Origin: Porticoccaceae bacterium
Lineage (GTDB): Bacteria; Pseudomonadota; Gammaproteobacteria; Pseudomonadales; GM7GCV1
Direction: 5' to 3'
NCBI GenBank assembly: GCA_018662305.1
Contig: JABJGI010000069.1
Coordinates: forward strand, 1,358-65,357
Length of the DNA stretch: 64,000 nt
The position numbers and the translations under genes are program-made. Below the pieces are notes generated by a model, which saw only the letters and a list, made by a program, of their open reading frames with translations, was not told the DNA's origin and ran no database searches. Each line of letters begins with the position of its first letter. The stretch's first letter is position 1. This document shows positions 19,095-29,255 of this stretch, in pieces.

Positions 19095-20335
19095 GCTTCT
19101 TGAGCGCCTCAAATCAAGCGGCAACCTTGAGTAGCGGTATGGCTTCGAGAGCCGCTAAATCTGCACAGGCTCGCCCGGCAACCTTTTATTTTGATTCTCT
19201 GTTGTTTTGGTGCTGGATTGGCTTGCTGCTCATCGGTGTTGTGATGGTAGCCAGCGCTTCAATTGGCTACGCCGCAGCAACCGAGAATGATCCGTTTTTC
19301 TACTTTAAGAAGCACCTGATATTCCTCCTGATGGGAGGCTTGGTGTCTCTGGTTATCCTGCGGATACCCATGCTGTTTTGGTATCACATGGCGCCCATTA
19401 TTCTGCTGTTGTCATTCTTTCTGATGGTGGTGGTTCTTATTCCAGGTGTTGGCATTGAGCGCAATGGAGCGCGCAGGTGGATCGGTGCTGGTGGCGCTAC
19501 TATTCAGGTGGCTGAGCTCGCAAAGGCAGCCCTGATCATCTTCCTTTCTGCCTATTTAGTGAGGCAGGGTGACACACTGAGAGCGAGCTGGGCTGGGGTA
19601 TCAAAGCCCATGGGTATCTTGCTGATATTTCTATTCCTCTTGTTGCTGCAGCCTGATTTTGGTTCCGTTGTGGTGATGGCGGGCATTACGGTCGCCCTGG
19701 TCTTCTTAGCTGGGATGCACTTTCTCAAATTTATGTCGGTGTCGATTCTGGGCGTCGGCGCTTTGAGCTATTTTGTGTTCAGCTCAGAATATCGTATGAG
19801 GAGAATTACCAGCTTCCTCGATCCCTGGGCCGATCAGTTTAATTCCGGATATCAGCTTACCCAGTCCCTTATTGCCTTCGGTCGAGGGGAATGGATTGGA
19901 GTTGGCCTGGGTAATTCTCTGCAGAAGCTCCTATATCTGCCAGAAGCACATACCGATTTTGTGTTCGCTGTATTGGCAGAAGAGCTGGGACTCTTGGGAT
20001 CGCTGTGCACCATATTCCTGCTGAGCCTGATGATCGGCCGCATCTTTCAACTAGGCATAAGAGCAGTAAATGCTGGCGTGGCTTTTGGAGGTTTTGTCGC
20101 CATTGGAACGGCAATTATGTTTGCCGTCCAAAGCTTGATAAATATTGGAGTGGCTTGTGGTCTGTTTCCTACCAAAGGACTGACCTTGCCCTTCATCAGC
20201 TCCGGTGGCAGTAGCTTATTGGTTTGTATGGCTCTTACGGCTATTTGTTTGCGACTATCGCAAGAGATACAAACCAGTGCCGCGCGACCTAAAACAGTCG
20301 CGAAAAAAGCGCAAAACCAGAGGGCGCGAAAATGA
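19091..20335 (+). CDS. ftsW: Peptidoglycan glycosyltransferase FtsW (SEDS family)
   Basis: 414 aa with about 10 TM helices and SEDS motifs (PDFGS, LPEAHTDF, LPFISSGGSS). Confidence 0.94.
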   Translation: MSFLSASNQAATLSSGMASRAAKSAQARPATFYFDSLLFWCWIGLLLIGVVMVASASIGYAAATENDPFFYFKKHLIFLLMGGLVSLVILRIPMLFWYHMAPIILLLSFFLMVVVLIPGVGIERNGARRWIGAGGATIQVAELAKAALIIFLSAYLVRQGDTLRASWAGVSKPMGILLIFLFLLLLQPDFGSVVVMAGITVALVFLAGMHFLKFMSVSILGVGALSYFVFSSEYRMRRITSFLDPWADQFNSGYQLTQSLIAFGRGEWIGVGLGNSLQKLLYLPEAHTDFVFAVLAEELGLLGSLCTIFLLSLMIGRIFQLGIRAVNAGVAFGGFVAIGTAIMFAVQSLINIGVACGLFPTKGLTLPFISSGGSSLLVCMALTAICLRLSQEIQTSAARPKTVAKKAQNQRARK

Positions 20336-21405
20336 TGGCGGGCGCTAAAGTTGCCATCATGGCTGGAGGCACGGGCGGTCATGTCTTTCCTGCTTTGGCG
20401 GTCGCGGATCAATTACGCGATCTAGGTTGCGCTGTATTCTGGATTGGCACCCCGCGCGGGATCGAGAATCGCGTAGTTCCCGAGGCAGGTTATCCGCTCA
20501 ATATTATTCCGGTAAGTGGGTTGCGGGGTAAGGGAATAACATCTTTGCTAGCAGCGCCATTCCAACTAACTCGGGCGCTAGTGGCTTCCTTAAAAATACT
20601 GGCTGGTATTCAGCCGAACCTGGTTCTAGGTTTCGGTGGTTTTGTGGCAGGCCCTGTTGGTCTTGCCGCCCGACTACGTGGCGATTCACTTGCCATCCAT
20701 GAGCAAAATGCTTACCCGGGCACCACGAACAGGATATTGGCTAGTTGGGCTAACGCCGTTTTAACCGGATTCCCAGATGCGCTTCCCCGTTCAGTTTGTG
20801 TGGGAAATCCAGTTCGTGAGGAAATTCTTAGGGCGGACAAGAGTATGTCTGACCTTGCGGGGCGGCCATCGAATATTCTGATTCTCGGTGGCAGTCAGGG
20901 GGCTAGGTCTCTGAATCAGATGGTGCCAGCGGCACTGCAACAACTGGCTGGCAGCGCACAGATAAATATTAGACATCAATGTGGCCCTAGGTGGATCGAG
21001 GAAACCTCGAACCTTTACCAGGAGCTTGGGCTAGAGGCCGAGGTTCTAAGCTTTATTGATGATATGTCTCAAGCCTACGCATGGTCAGACCTGATTGTAT
21101 GTCGAGCTGGAGCGATGACCGTTGCAGAGGTCGCCGCGATGGGAAGAGCCGCTTTGTTTGTGCCCTTTCCCTATGCAATTGACGATCACCAGACCGCCAA
21201 CGCGAACTGGTTAGTTGCAAAGGGTGGGGCGGAACTTATTCAGGAAGCGGAAATAACAACAGACTCTTTAGCTTCAAAGTTGCAGCAGATGGTATTGCCT
21301 GAGAATCTTCAAAAAATGGCCTTGGCATCTGCTGCCGCCTCTTTTTCCAATTCAACCGATCGCATAGTTTCCATATGCGAGGAGCTTATCGATGAATCTC
21401 GATAA
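20332..21405 (+). CDS. murG: UDP-GlcNAc--lipid I GlcNAc transferase
   Basis: 357 aa with the N-terminal [13 protein letters not shown] motif. Confidence 0.95.
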   Translation: MMAGAKVAIMAGGTGGHVFPALAVADQLRDLGCAVFWIGTPRGIENRVVPEAGYPLNIIPVSGLRGKGITSLLAAPFQLTRALVASLKILAGIQPNLVLGFGGFVAGPVGLAARLRGDSLAIHEQNAYPGTTNRILASWANAVLTGFPDALPRSVCVGNPVREEILRADKSMSDLAGRPSNILILGGSQGARSLNQMVPAALQQLAGSAQINIRHQCGPRWIEETSNLYQELGLEAEVLSFIDDMSQAYAWSDLIVCRAGAMTVAEVAAMGRAALFVPFPYAIDDHQTANANWLVAKGGAELIQEAEITTDSLASKLQQMVLPENLQKMALASAAASFSNSTDRIVSICEELIDESR

Positions 21406-22816
21406 GCCAATAAGCGTGCCGGAAATGCGCCGTATTCGGAGAATTCACTTCGTCGGTATCGGCGGCACTGGTATGTGCGGTATTGCCGAAGTGCTCTTTA
21501 ATCAGGGGTACCAAGTTTCTGGTTCTGACCTAAGCGAATCTTCAGCCGTTAGACGTCTTAGGGAGATGGGTATAGAGGTCGCGATTGGGCATCGAGCGGA
21601 GAATGTTGAAGGCTGCGACGTATTGGTTGTTTCTGGCGCGGTACCAAAAGATAACCCCGAAATTGAAGCAGCCAGTGCCGTCCGCACTCCAATTGTCCGT
21701 CGTGCTGAAATGTTGGCTGAGCTGATGAGGTTTAGGCATGGTATTGCGGTTGCAGGTACCCATGGGAAAACCACAACGACCAGTTTAGTCGCCACCATAT
21801 TGGCTCAGGACGGCAAAGATCCAACCTTTGTTGTCGGCGGGTTAGTCAAACAAAGCGAGACCAATGCGCAACTCGGATTGAGTCGATATTTAGTTGCTGA
21901 GGCGGATGAAAGTGATGCGTCATTTCTTCATCTGCAACCCATGACCGCTATTGTCACCAATATCGACGCCGATCATATGGACACCTACAACGGCGACTTT
22001 GCGGTCCTGCAGCAAACCTTCGTTGAGTTCTTGCATAACTTGCCTTTCTACGGCTTGGCAGTTCTCTGCATTGACGATGAGAACGTCCGAGAAATGCTGC
22101 CCCAGATTAACCGATCTATTTTGACCTACGGGTTTTCCGAGGATGCGGATTTCAAAATAGAGAGCATTGAACACTCTGCTGCAAAAACAAAAATTCGAGT
22201 GACTCGCCCCGAAGGGCTTCCAGCCATCGAAACCACTTTGAATCTTCCGGGTCGCCACAATGCGCTTAACGCAACTGCTGCGATCGCTGTCGCCACTGAT
22301 GAGGGCGCGACAGACCAAGCTATCTTAGCTGGGCTGGAGTCGTTTCAGGGAGTAGGTCGTCGCTTTGAAAAGCTTGGTGACTTTGAGCTGAAGGATCGCG
22401 GTACCGCAATGTTGGTTGATGACTACGGTCATCATCCCCGAGAGATTGAGGCAACAGTTCAAGCGGTCCGCGCGGGATATCCCGAGCGTCGCCTCTTTAT
22501 GATTTTTCAACCACACCGCTATAGCCGTACCCGTGATCTTTATGAAGATTTTGTTCAGGTACTTTCTAGCGTGGATGTGCTCATCGTTACTGAAGTTTAC
22601 GCAGCGGGAGAAGAGCCAATCGCTGCTGCTGACAGTCGTCACCTCTGCAGGTCAATCCGGCAGAGAGGAATGGTTGATCCGATTTTTGTTGAGGGTATTG
22701 AAGATATTCCAGAATTAGTAACCAGCTTGGCTGAGGCGGAAGACATCATCTTGACCCAAGGTGCAGGCAGCGTGAACCAAATAGCGGCGAGATTGGCCGA
22801 GAGAGGTTTGCGATGA
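21392..22816 (+). CDS. murC: UDP-N-acetylmuramate--L-alanine ligase
   Basis: 474 aa with [12 protein letters not shown] and P-loop [10 protein letters not shown]. Confidence 0.95.
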   Translation: MNLDKPISVPEMRRIRRIHFVGIGGTGMCGIAEVLFNQGYQVSGSDLSESSAVRRLREMGIEVAIGHRAENVEGCDVLVVSGAVPKDNPEIEAASAVRTPIVRRAEMLAELMRFRHGIAVAGTHGKTTTTSLVATILAQDGKDPTFVVGGLVKQSETNAQLGLSRYLVAEADESDASFLHLQPMTAIVTNIDADHMDTYNGDFAVLQQTFVEFLHNLPFYGLAVLCIDDENVREMLPQINRSILTYGFSEDADFKIESIEHSAAKTKIRVTRPEGLPAIETTLNLPGRHNALNATAAIAVATDEGATDQAILAGLESFQGVGRRFEKLGDFELKDRGTAMLVDDYGHHPREIEATVQAVRAGYPERRLFMIFQPHRYSRTRDLYEDFVQVLSSVDVLIVTEVYAAGEEPIAAADSRHLCRSIRQRGMVDPIFVEGIEDIPELVTSLAEAEDIILTQGAGSVNQIAARLAERGLR

Positions 22817-23760
22817 GTCTGTTACAGAGACTGGAACAGGTGAAGCCAGCGGATTTGGGGTTTGTCGCGGTTCTCTATGGCGGAGAATCTGCGGAGCGAG
22901 AAATTTCGTTGCAGTCGGGAAGAGCCGTTGCAGATGCGCTTCAGCAGTTGGGAATTAGAAATCAGCTTGTGGATGTTGGCCCCGATGTTGTTGCGCAGCT
23001 CCAGCAAATAAAGCCTGATTTGGTATTTATCGCTTTGCATGGTCGAGGTGGTGAAGATGGCTCGATTCAGGGGGTGCTTGAATTTCTCAAGATTCCCTAT
23101 ACGGGATCTGGCGTGCTTGCTTCAGCTTTGACTCTACACAAAGCCCAGACCAAGAGGGTGTGGGAGTATGAAAGTCTTCCCACGGCTCCCTGGTCAATGC
23201 TCGATAAGAATACTGACTGGTCCGCCTTGCTCGCTGAATTGGGCGGACATGTGATGGTGAAACCAGTTTCAGAAGGTTCTAGCTTGGGAATGAGTCAGGC
23301 GAAATCAGCGGAAGCCTTGGAGCAGGCTTATAAGCTGGCTTCGCAGTTTGATCTGGAAGTTATGGCAGAACAATGGATTTCTGGTTCTGAATATACCGTA
23401 GGCCTGCTTCAGGGAGAGGTGATGCCGGTCATTGAAATGAAAACCTCAGATCAATTTTATACCTACGAAGCCAAATATCTCTCAGAAGAAACCAGCTACC
23501 TTTGTCCAGCTCCCATTTCCGAGAAAGACAAAGTAGAGGTGCAGGATATCGCTCTGCGGGCCTTTAACTGTCTTGGGTGTCGTGGATGGGGGCGTGTTGA
23601 TCTGATGCGGGCTGAATCAGGCCAATTCCTGTTACTGGAAGCGAACACAATTCCTGGCCTTACCTCTCATTCCTTGGTGCCTATGGCGGCGGCCGAAATG
23701 GGTATTAGTTTTCCAGATTTGATTTTATTGATCCTCGATTTTGCGAGGTCGCAGCGATGA
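22813..23760 (+). CDS. ddlB: D-alanine--D-alanine ligase
   Basis: 315 aa with an ATP-grasp fold, an N-terminal [11 protein letters not shown] motif and C-terminal [16 protein letters not shown]. Confidence 0.94.
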   Translation: MSLLQRLEQVKPADLGFVAVLYGGESAEREISLQSGRAVADALQQLGIRNQLVDVGPDVVAQLQQIKPDLVFIALHGRGGEDGSIQGVLEFLKIPYTGSGVLASALTLHKAQTKRVWEYESLPTAPWSMLDKNTDWSALLAELGGHVMVKPVSEGSSLGMSQAKSAEALEQAYKLASQFDLEVMAEQWISGSEYTVGLLQGEVMPVIEMKTSDQFYTYEAKYLSEETSYLCPAPISEKDKVEVQDIALRAFNCLGCRGWGRVDLMRAESGQFLLLEANTIPGLTSHSLVPMAAAEMGISFPDLILLILDFARSQR

Positions 23761-24572
23761 AAAATCCCGTGCGAAACCGAAGGACTTCTAAAGGGGCCAC
23801 TCGGCCTACTAAAGGCAAGGGTATACAGGGATTGGCGCGAGTGCTTAGGGCTTGCGGCTTGATATTACTCGCAGGCGTATCTGTATTTGCAATACAGCAA
23901 GTGGCAATGAGGTTTAACCAGCCGATCAAGGAAATCCAGCTCAGCGGGAATTTCGATCAGGCGCGTAGTTCCGAGCTTGAGTCACAGTTAGAAACCTACG
24001 GAGGGCAGGGGCTGCTAGCGATAGATCTGGACGCTCTCAGGGTGGATATCGAAACCACTCCATGGGTGTCGAAGGCGGTGGTGAGTCGTCAATGGCCGAA
24101 TACCTTAGTGGTGAATATAGAAGAGCACCGTTTGGTGGCGAGCTGGAATCAGCAGGGTTACGTGAGTGACCAGGGTTTATTGGTCGGCGGTTATGTCGTC
24201 GAACAGAGCCTTCCTTTACTGCAAAGCCGCGCAAATGAGCCAGTGGCTTTGTTGCAAGAATACCGACGCCTCAGTCAGGCGATGGCACAAATAGATTTAC
24301 AACTTATCGAGCTGCGTGAGAGCGGCACTGGCGATCTCGAATTGTTGCTGGACAACGGGATTTTACTGAAGCTCGGAAATAGAAATTTGCTCGATCGGAT
24401 TCAGAGATTTGTGGCGATCTGGGAGTTAGACCTGCATCGCCGAGAGTCTGAAATTGGTCAGATAGATGTCCGCTATGCCAATGGGCTGGCGGTGAATTGG
24501 AATGCAGGTGCTCTAGAGAGTGCCGGAGTTCAACACTTGGGAGAATCATATGGCGAACTCGCTAGAAGGTAA
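23757..24572 (+). CDS. ftsQ: Cell division protein FtsQ
   Basis: 271 aa with a basic N-terminus, one TM helix and POTRA-like and FtsQ-type domains. Its position is conserved. Confidence 0.9.
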   Translation: MKNPVRNRRTSKGATRPTKGKGIQGLARVLRACGLILLAGVSVFAIQQVAMRFNQPIKEIQLSGNFDQARSSELESQLETYGGQGLLAIDLDALRVDIETTPWVSKAVVSRQWPNTLVVNIEEHRLVASWNQQGYVSDQGLLVGGYVVEQSLPLLQSRANEPVALLQEYRRLSQAMAQIDLQLIELRESGTGDLELLLDNGILLKLGNRNLLDRIQRFVAIWELDLHRRESEIGQIDVRYANGLAVNWNAGALESAGVQHLGESYGELARR

Positions 24573-25785
24573 TTTAATCGTAGGGCTCGACATTGGCACC
24601 TCGAAAGTAGTTGCCATCGTCGGCGAAGTTACTGCAGAAGGTGGTCTGGAAGTTATTGGTCTCGGGTCACATAAATCCACCGGCCTGAAAAAAGGTGTGG
24701 TGGTCAATATTGAGTCCACAGTTCAATCCATCCAGCGTGCCGTGGAGGAAGCTGAGCTAATGGCAGGTTGCCGCATTCATTCGGTCTTTGCGGGAATTGC
24801 GGGAAGTCATATCCGCAGCCTGAATTCTCACGGAATTGTCGCTATTCGAGACAAAGAAGTATTGCCCCTGGATGTAGACCGGGTGATTGATGCGGCCCAA
24901 GCAGTTGCAATTCCGGCTGATCAGAAGGTTCTGCATATTCTGCCGCAAGAGTATCTGGTGGACGATCAAGAAGGGGTGCGAAAGCCTCTCGGGATGTCGG
25001 GCGTTCGGTTGGAAGCCAAAGTGCATTTGGTGACCTGTGCCGTGAATGCAATGCAGAACATCGAGAAGTGTATTCGGCGCTGCGGTTTAGAAGTTGATGA
25101 CGTCATTTTGGAGCAGTTGGCATCTAGTTATGCCGTTCTCACAGAGGACGAGAAAGATTTGGGTGTTTGCTTGGTGGACATTGGCGGAGGTACTACTGAT
25201 ATCGCCATCTTCACCGACGGTGCAATTCGGCACACCGGGGTTATTCCGATCGCTGGCGACCAGGTCACCAACGACATTGCCATGGCGCTTCGCACTCCTA
25301 CTCCTAATGCAGAAGAGTTAAAAGTTAAGTATGCCTGCGCTCTGGCAAGCCTGGCGCGGCCAGAAGAAAGCATTGAGGTACCTAGTGTGGGAGACAGAGC
25401 GCCGCGGGAATTGTCTCGTCAGGCTCTGGCGGAAGTAGTCGAGCCGCGCTATGAGGAGCTTTTTAACCTGGTGCAGGGGGAATTGCGTCGCAGTGGTTAC
25501 GAAGAGCTACTGGCCGGTGGTGTTGTATTGACCGGTGGGACTTCAAAAATGGAAGGCGTTGTGGAACTGGCGGAAGAAATTTTCCATATGCCTGTGCGCC
25601 TGGGGGCCCCACAACAGGTTAAGGGTCTGACAGATATCGTCACAAATCCAATTTATGCAACTGGTGTTGGCTTGCTTCAGTACGGCCTCGACCAGCAGTT
25701 GGATGGTGGTAAGAAGAAGCGTCGCATGAGCGATGAACCAAATTTTATGGAGCGAGTGAAGAGCTGGTTCCAGGGGAATTTTTAA
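24550..25785 (+). CDS. ftsA: Cell division protein FtsA
   Basis: Actin-like ATPase with GLDIGTSKVVAIVG and VDIGGGTTDIAIF. ATG at 24550 (MANSLEGNLIVGLDIG) is preferred over the track start at 24520. A C-terminal amphipathic helix is present. Confidence 0.95.
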   Translation: MANSLEGNLIVGLDIGTSKVVAIVGEVTAEGGLEVIGLGSHKSTGLKKGVVVNIESTVQSIQRAVEEAELMAGCRIHSVFAGIAGSHIRSLNSHGIVAIRDKEVLPLDVDRVIDAAQAVAIPADQKVLHILPQEYLVDDQEGVRKPLGMSGVRLEAKVHLVTCAVNAMQNIEKCIRRCGLEVDDVILEQLASSYAVLTEDEKDLGVCLVDIGGGTTDIAIFTDGAIRHTGVIPIAGDQVTNDIAMALRTPTPNAEELKVKYACALASLARPEESIEVPSVGDRAPRELSRQALAEVVEPRYEELFNLVQGELRRSGYEELLAGGVVLTGGTSKMEGVVELAEEIFHMPVRLGAPQQVKGLTDIVTNPIYATGVGLLQYGLDQQLDGGKKKRRMSDEPNFMERVKSWFQGNF

Positions 25786-25843
25786 GGTGCTCTGGAAACA
25801 GGGCATAAAACAATCTAGTGAAACCATATAGAGGAAAACGCCA

Positions 25844-27007
25844 ATGTTTGAACTAGTAGATGCAGTCCCGCAAAGCGCGGTAATTAAGGTGATCGGTGTC
25901 GGAGGAGGCGGAGGAAACGCTGTTCGACACATGATTGGAAATCAAGTTGAAGGAGTTGAGTTTGTCTGTGCCAACACGGATTCGCAGGCGCTCAAAGATG
26001 TCTCTGGTGCAACGGTCTTTCAGCTCGGAAGTCATGTAACTAAAGGGCTTGGAGCGGGTGCGAACCCGGAAATTGGCCGTCAGGCCGCTCTGGAAGATCG
26101 CGAGCGTATCGCCGAAGTGCTACAAGGCAGTGATATGGTCTTTATCACCGCTGGTATGGGTGGCGGCACAGGTACTGGTGGTGCTCCCGTTGTCGCCAGT
26201 GTTGCCCGAGACCTGGGCATACTGACGGTTGCTGTTGTAACTCGACCCTTTGTGTTTGAAGGGAAAAAGCGTGCAGCTATCGCAGAAGAAGGGATCAAGG
26301 AGTTACAAGAGCATGTTGATTCTCTGATCACTATCCCCAACGATCGTTTACTTGCGGTTCTTGGAAAGGATGTCAGCTTGGTCAACGCTTTTGCGAAAGC
26401 CAACGATGTTCTCCATGGAGCCGTCCAAGGTATTGCTGATCTCATTATCCGCCCAGGAATGATCAATGTGGATTTCGCTGATGTGCGCACAGTGATGGGT
26501 GAGATGGGTATGGCAATGATGGGAAGCGGATCAGCTGCAGGTGACAACAGGTCGCGGGAAGCGGCAGAAAAAGCCGTTCGCAGCCCATTATTAGACGATA
26601 TCGATTTGCAGGGTGCCAAAGGAATATTGGTGAATATCACTGCAGGTCCAGATATGAGTCTTGGGGAGTTCTCTGAAGTTGGAGATACCGTCGAAGAATT
26701 TGCCTCCGAAGATGCAACCGTAGTTGTGGGTACAGTGATTGATCCTTCAATGACAGACGAGTTGCGGGTAACTGTGGTGGCAACTGGGCTTGGAAATGCG
26801 GCTACCCTAAATAGACCCAAAAAGGTTGTAGACAACACGGTCGAAGCTGAAGAAATTTCAGAGGAAAAGAGCGGAGCTGACTACAATGAATTGGATATTC
26901 CGACGGTAATTCGAGGGCGGCGCGGCGACGTAAAAGCGGCGGCTGCGAAACCTGAGGATATGGAATATCTTGATATTCCAGCCTTTCTGAGACGCCAAGC
27001 GGACTAA
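25844..27007 (+). CDS. ftsZ: Cell division GTPase FtsZ
   Basis: 387 aa with tubulin signature GGGTGTGGAP and the conserved C-terminal peptide DIPAFLRRQAD. Confidence 0.98.
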   Translation: MFELVDAVPQSAVIKVIGVGGGGGNAVRHMIGNQVEGVEFVCANTDSQALKDVSGATVFQLGSHVTKGLGAGANPEIGRQAALEDRERIAEVLQGSDMVFITAGMGGGTGTGGAPVVASVARDLGILTVAVVTRPFVFEGKKRAAIAEEGIKELQEHVDSLITIPNDRLLAVLGKDVSLVNAFAKANDVLHGAVQGIADLIIRPGMINVDFADVRTVMGEMGMAMMGSGSAAGDNRSREAAEKAVRSPLLDDIDLQGAKGILVNITAGPDMSLGEFSEVGDTVEEFASEDATVVVGTVIDPSMTDELRVTVVATGLGNAATLNRPKKVVDNTVEAEEISEEKSGADYNELDIPTVIRGRRGDVKAAAAKPEDMEYLDIPAFLRRQAD

Positions 27008-27288
27008 TACTGTCCTTTTAGTCGCGGTGACAGGCAATGAGCTGGTGGCGTTTCTGGCTCATTGCTTTGTCGACTCCGCTAATCCTATCTTCGGATTTAT
27101 TTAGCCCAAGCGGCGAATTCCCCCAAAAAAACACTTTTCAATATTCTCCAAGGAAGTGTTAACTACTTCTGTTTCTTTTGTGCGATGCACGCTAAAATAC
27201 CGGCTTACCCGGGTGGGCCAATTGTTTGTGTTATGTGGGCTTCAGCGGTCAAGCTATTTGTTAAGTCTTTCTTTGATTGTGTTTCTCT

Positions 27289-28203
27289 ATGATTAAACAG
27301 CGAACACTGAAAAACCCTATACGAGCCACTGGTGTCGGTTTGCATACCGGACAGAAGATTTGTCTGACCCTTATGCCTGCCCCAATCGACCATGGTATTA
27401 CTTTTACTCGCGTTGATCTCGATCCACCTGAAACCCTCACAGCTCATGCCGAGAACGTGGGTGACACTACTCTTTCCACCTCTCTGGGTTATGGCGATGT
27501 TAGGGTTTCTACAGTTGAGCACCTGCTTTCTGCTATGGCGGGTCTCGGAATTGATAACGCACGTATCGAAGTTGATGGGCCCGAAGTTCCCCTTATGGAT
27601 GGTAGTGCTGGCCCCTTCGTTTTTCTAATCCAGTCTGCGGGTATTGCTGAACAAGAGGCTCCTAAGAAATTTATTCGGATTCTCTCTGAGGTGCGAGTTG
27701 ACCAAGGTGATAAATACGCAATTTTCCGACCTTTTGAAGGTTTTAAAGTTGCCTTCTCGATTGAATTTGATCATCCGGTTTTCAAGGATCGGCCGGTAAG
27801 TGCCGAAATAGATTTTTCTAGTACCTCTTTTGTGAAAGAGGTGAGCCGAGCCAGAACCTTTGGGTTTTTGCATGAGTTCGAATATTTACAATCAAGAGGT
27901 TTAGCGCGTGGCGGAAGCCTCGACAATGCGATTGTCGTCGATAAATACAGCATACTGAATGAAGACGGTCTGCGTTACGAAGATGAGTTTGTAAAACACA
28001 AGATATTGGACGCGATCGGCGACCTTTACCTTTTGGGAACCAGTCTTATCGGAGAGTTTAGGGCGCACAAATCAGGACATGCCTTGAACAATTTGCTGTT
28101 AAGAGAATTGCTTGCGCATACGGAAGCGTGGGAAACTGTGACCTTTGAGGATGCTGAAGATGCACCGATATCCTATACGCGGCCTTTCTCAGCTGCCGGG
28201 TAA
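27289..28203 (+). CDS. lpxC: UDP-3-O-acyl-N-acetylglucosamine deacetylase
   Basis: ATG at 27289 ([21 protein letters not shown]) gives 304 aa, and HKSGHALNN is present. The track start at 27277 is an upstream TTG. Confidence 0.95.
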   Translation: MIKQRTLKNPIRATGVGLHTGQKICLTLMPAPIDHGITFTRVDLDPPETLTAHAENVGDTTLSTSLGYGDVRVSTVEHLLSAMAGLGIDNARIEVDGPEVPLMDGSAGPFVFLIQSAGIAEQEAPKKFIRILSEVRVDQGDKYAIFRPFEGFKVAFSIEFDHPVFKDRPVSAEIDFSSTSFVKEVSRARTFGFLHEFEYLQSRGLARGGSLDNAIVVDKYSILNEDGLRYEDEFVKHKILDAIGDLYLLGTSLIGEFRAHKSGHALNNLLLRELLAHTEAWETVTFEDAEDAPISYTRPFSAAG

Positions 28204-28239
28204 TACCAAAATAGCTTAGGTTTAAATAGTTGATTTGAA

Positions 28240-29166
28240 ATGAAACTGCTAATCATCAAAGGAAATCACGGTAGGACCACATCGGTCCACCTGAACCTGT
28301 GGATGAAAGCTTTGCTGTCCGTCTGTGTTTTTGGTGCTCCATTGGCTACGGGCTGGTGGATTGGCGCAAACCAATCAAATCAATTGCCGATCTTCTTCCA
28401 AAACCTCTCGGAAAGTATGCAAGCTGACCTAAGTCAGCAACGAGAGCAGGTCGCTGAAGTAACTACTGAAGCGGATAAAAACTTGCGGGCCTTGAGCTTG
28501 CGCATAGCTGAATTGCAGGCACGTCTGACTCGAATAGAAGCACTGGGGCAGCGGGTTGCAGTTCGTGCAGATTTGGCCGGTGATGAATTCGATTTTGCTA
28601 GCGTACCCGCGTTGGGTGGTCCTCTAACCAACGTTGGAGAAGGGTCATATATATCAACTGAGTTGGCTCAGAGATTGGCAGAATTGGATACGCAGATATC
28701 GGATCGTCAAGTTCAGCTAAATATGTTGTCTGCATTGATGTTTGACCGACAGCTCAGAGATGACGCTTCACCCTCTGGCTTGCCAGCAGGTTCTGGATGG
28801 GTATCGTCCCACTATGGTATGCGAGCTGACCCATTTACTGGAGAAGAGGCTTGGCATAACGGCGTAGATATCGCTGGCCGAGAGGGTTCTTCTGTACTTG
28901 CTGTTGCCTCTGGCGTGGTTACCTACACTGATCAGAGCCTGACCTATGGCAATGTTGTTGAAATTACACATGATGCGGGTCTGGTTACTCTGTACGCCCA
29001 CAACAAAGACCTCTTTGTTGAGCTTGGTGAAGTTGTGCGCAAAGGTCAGGAAATCGCGGCAATGGGTACAACTGGCCGTTCTACCGGCCCTCACGTTCAC
29101 TTCGAAGTATATAAAAACGGCCGATCTGTCGATCCGGCCAGCTATATTCAGCGCACAATACGCTGA
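28240..29166 (+). CDS. M23/LytM-family metallopeptidase with N-terminal TM and coiled coil
   Basis: 308 aa with LytM motifs HNGVDIAG and GPHVHFEV, and a coiled-coil linker. Confidence 0.88.
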   Translation: MKLLIIKGNHGRTTSVHLNLWMKALLSVCVFGAPLATGWWIGANQSNQLPIFFQNLSESMQADLSQQREQVAEVTTEADKNLRALSLRIAELQARLTRIEALGQRVAVRADLAGDEFDFASVPALGGPLTNVGEGSYISTELAQRLAELDTQISDRQVQLNMLSALMFDRQLRDDASPSGLPAGSGWVSSHYGMRADPFTGEEAWHNGVDIAGREGSSVLAVASGVVTYTDQSLTYGNVVEITHDAGLVTLYAHNKDLFVELGEVVRKGQEIAAMGTTGRSTGPHVHFEVYKNGRSVDPASYIQRTIR

Positions 29167-29189
29167 TTTCCCTGCAATATTCCTGATCT

Positions 29190-29216
29190 GCACTGCGGTT
29201 AAGCAGTGCTTTATCT
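29190..29216 (+). terminator. Weak terminator-like hairpin upstream of secA
   Basis: GCACTGC-GGTTAA-GCAGTGC (7-bp stem) followed by TTTATCT. It lies between the M23 peptidase stop and the secA start. Confidence 0.35.
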
Positions 29217-29255
29217 ACGTACGTCATATAAAAATATTTTGAGATAAGCAGCAAA

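Noticed and set aside
26080-26838. 252-aa minus-strand ORF antisense to ftsZ
   Set aside because: It lies entirely inside the unambiguous ftsZ gene. Its product is low-complexity (S/T/A/P/R-rich) with no motif. This is a typical shadow ORF on the strand opposite a highly biased gene.
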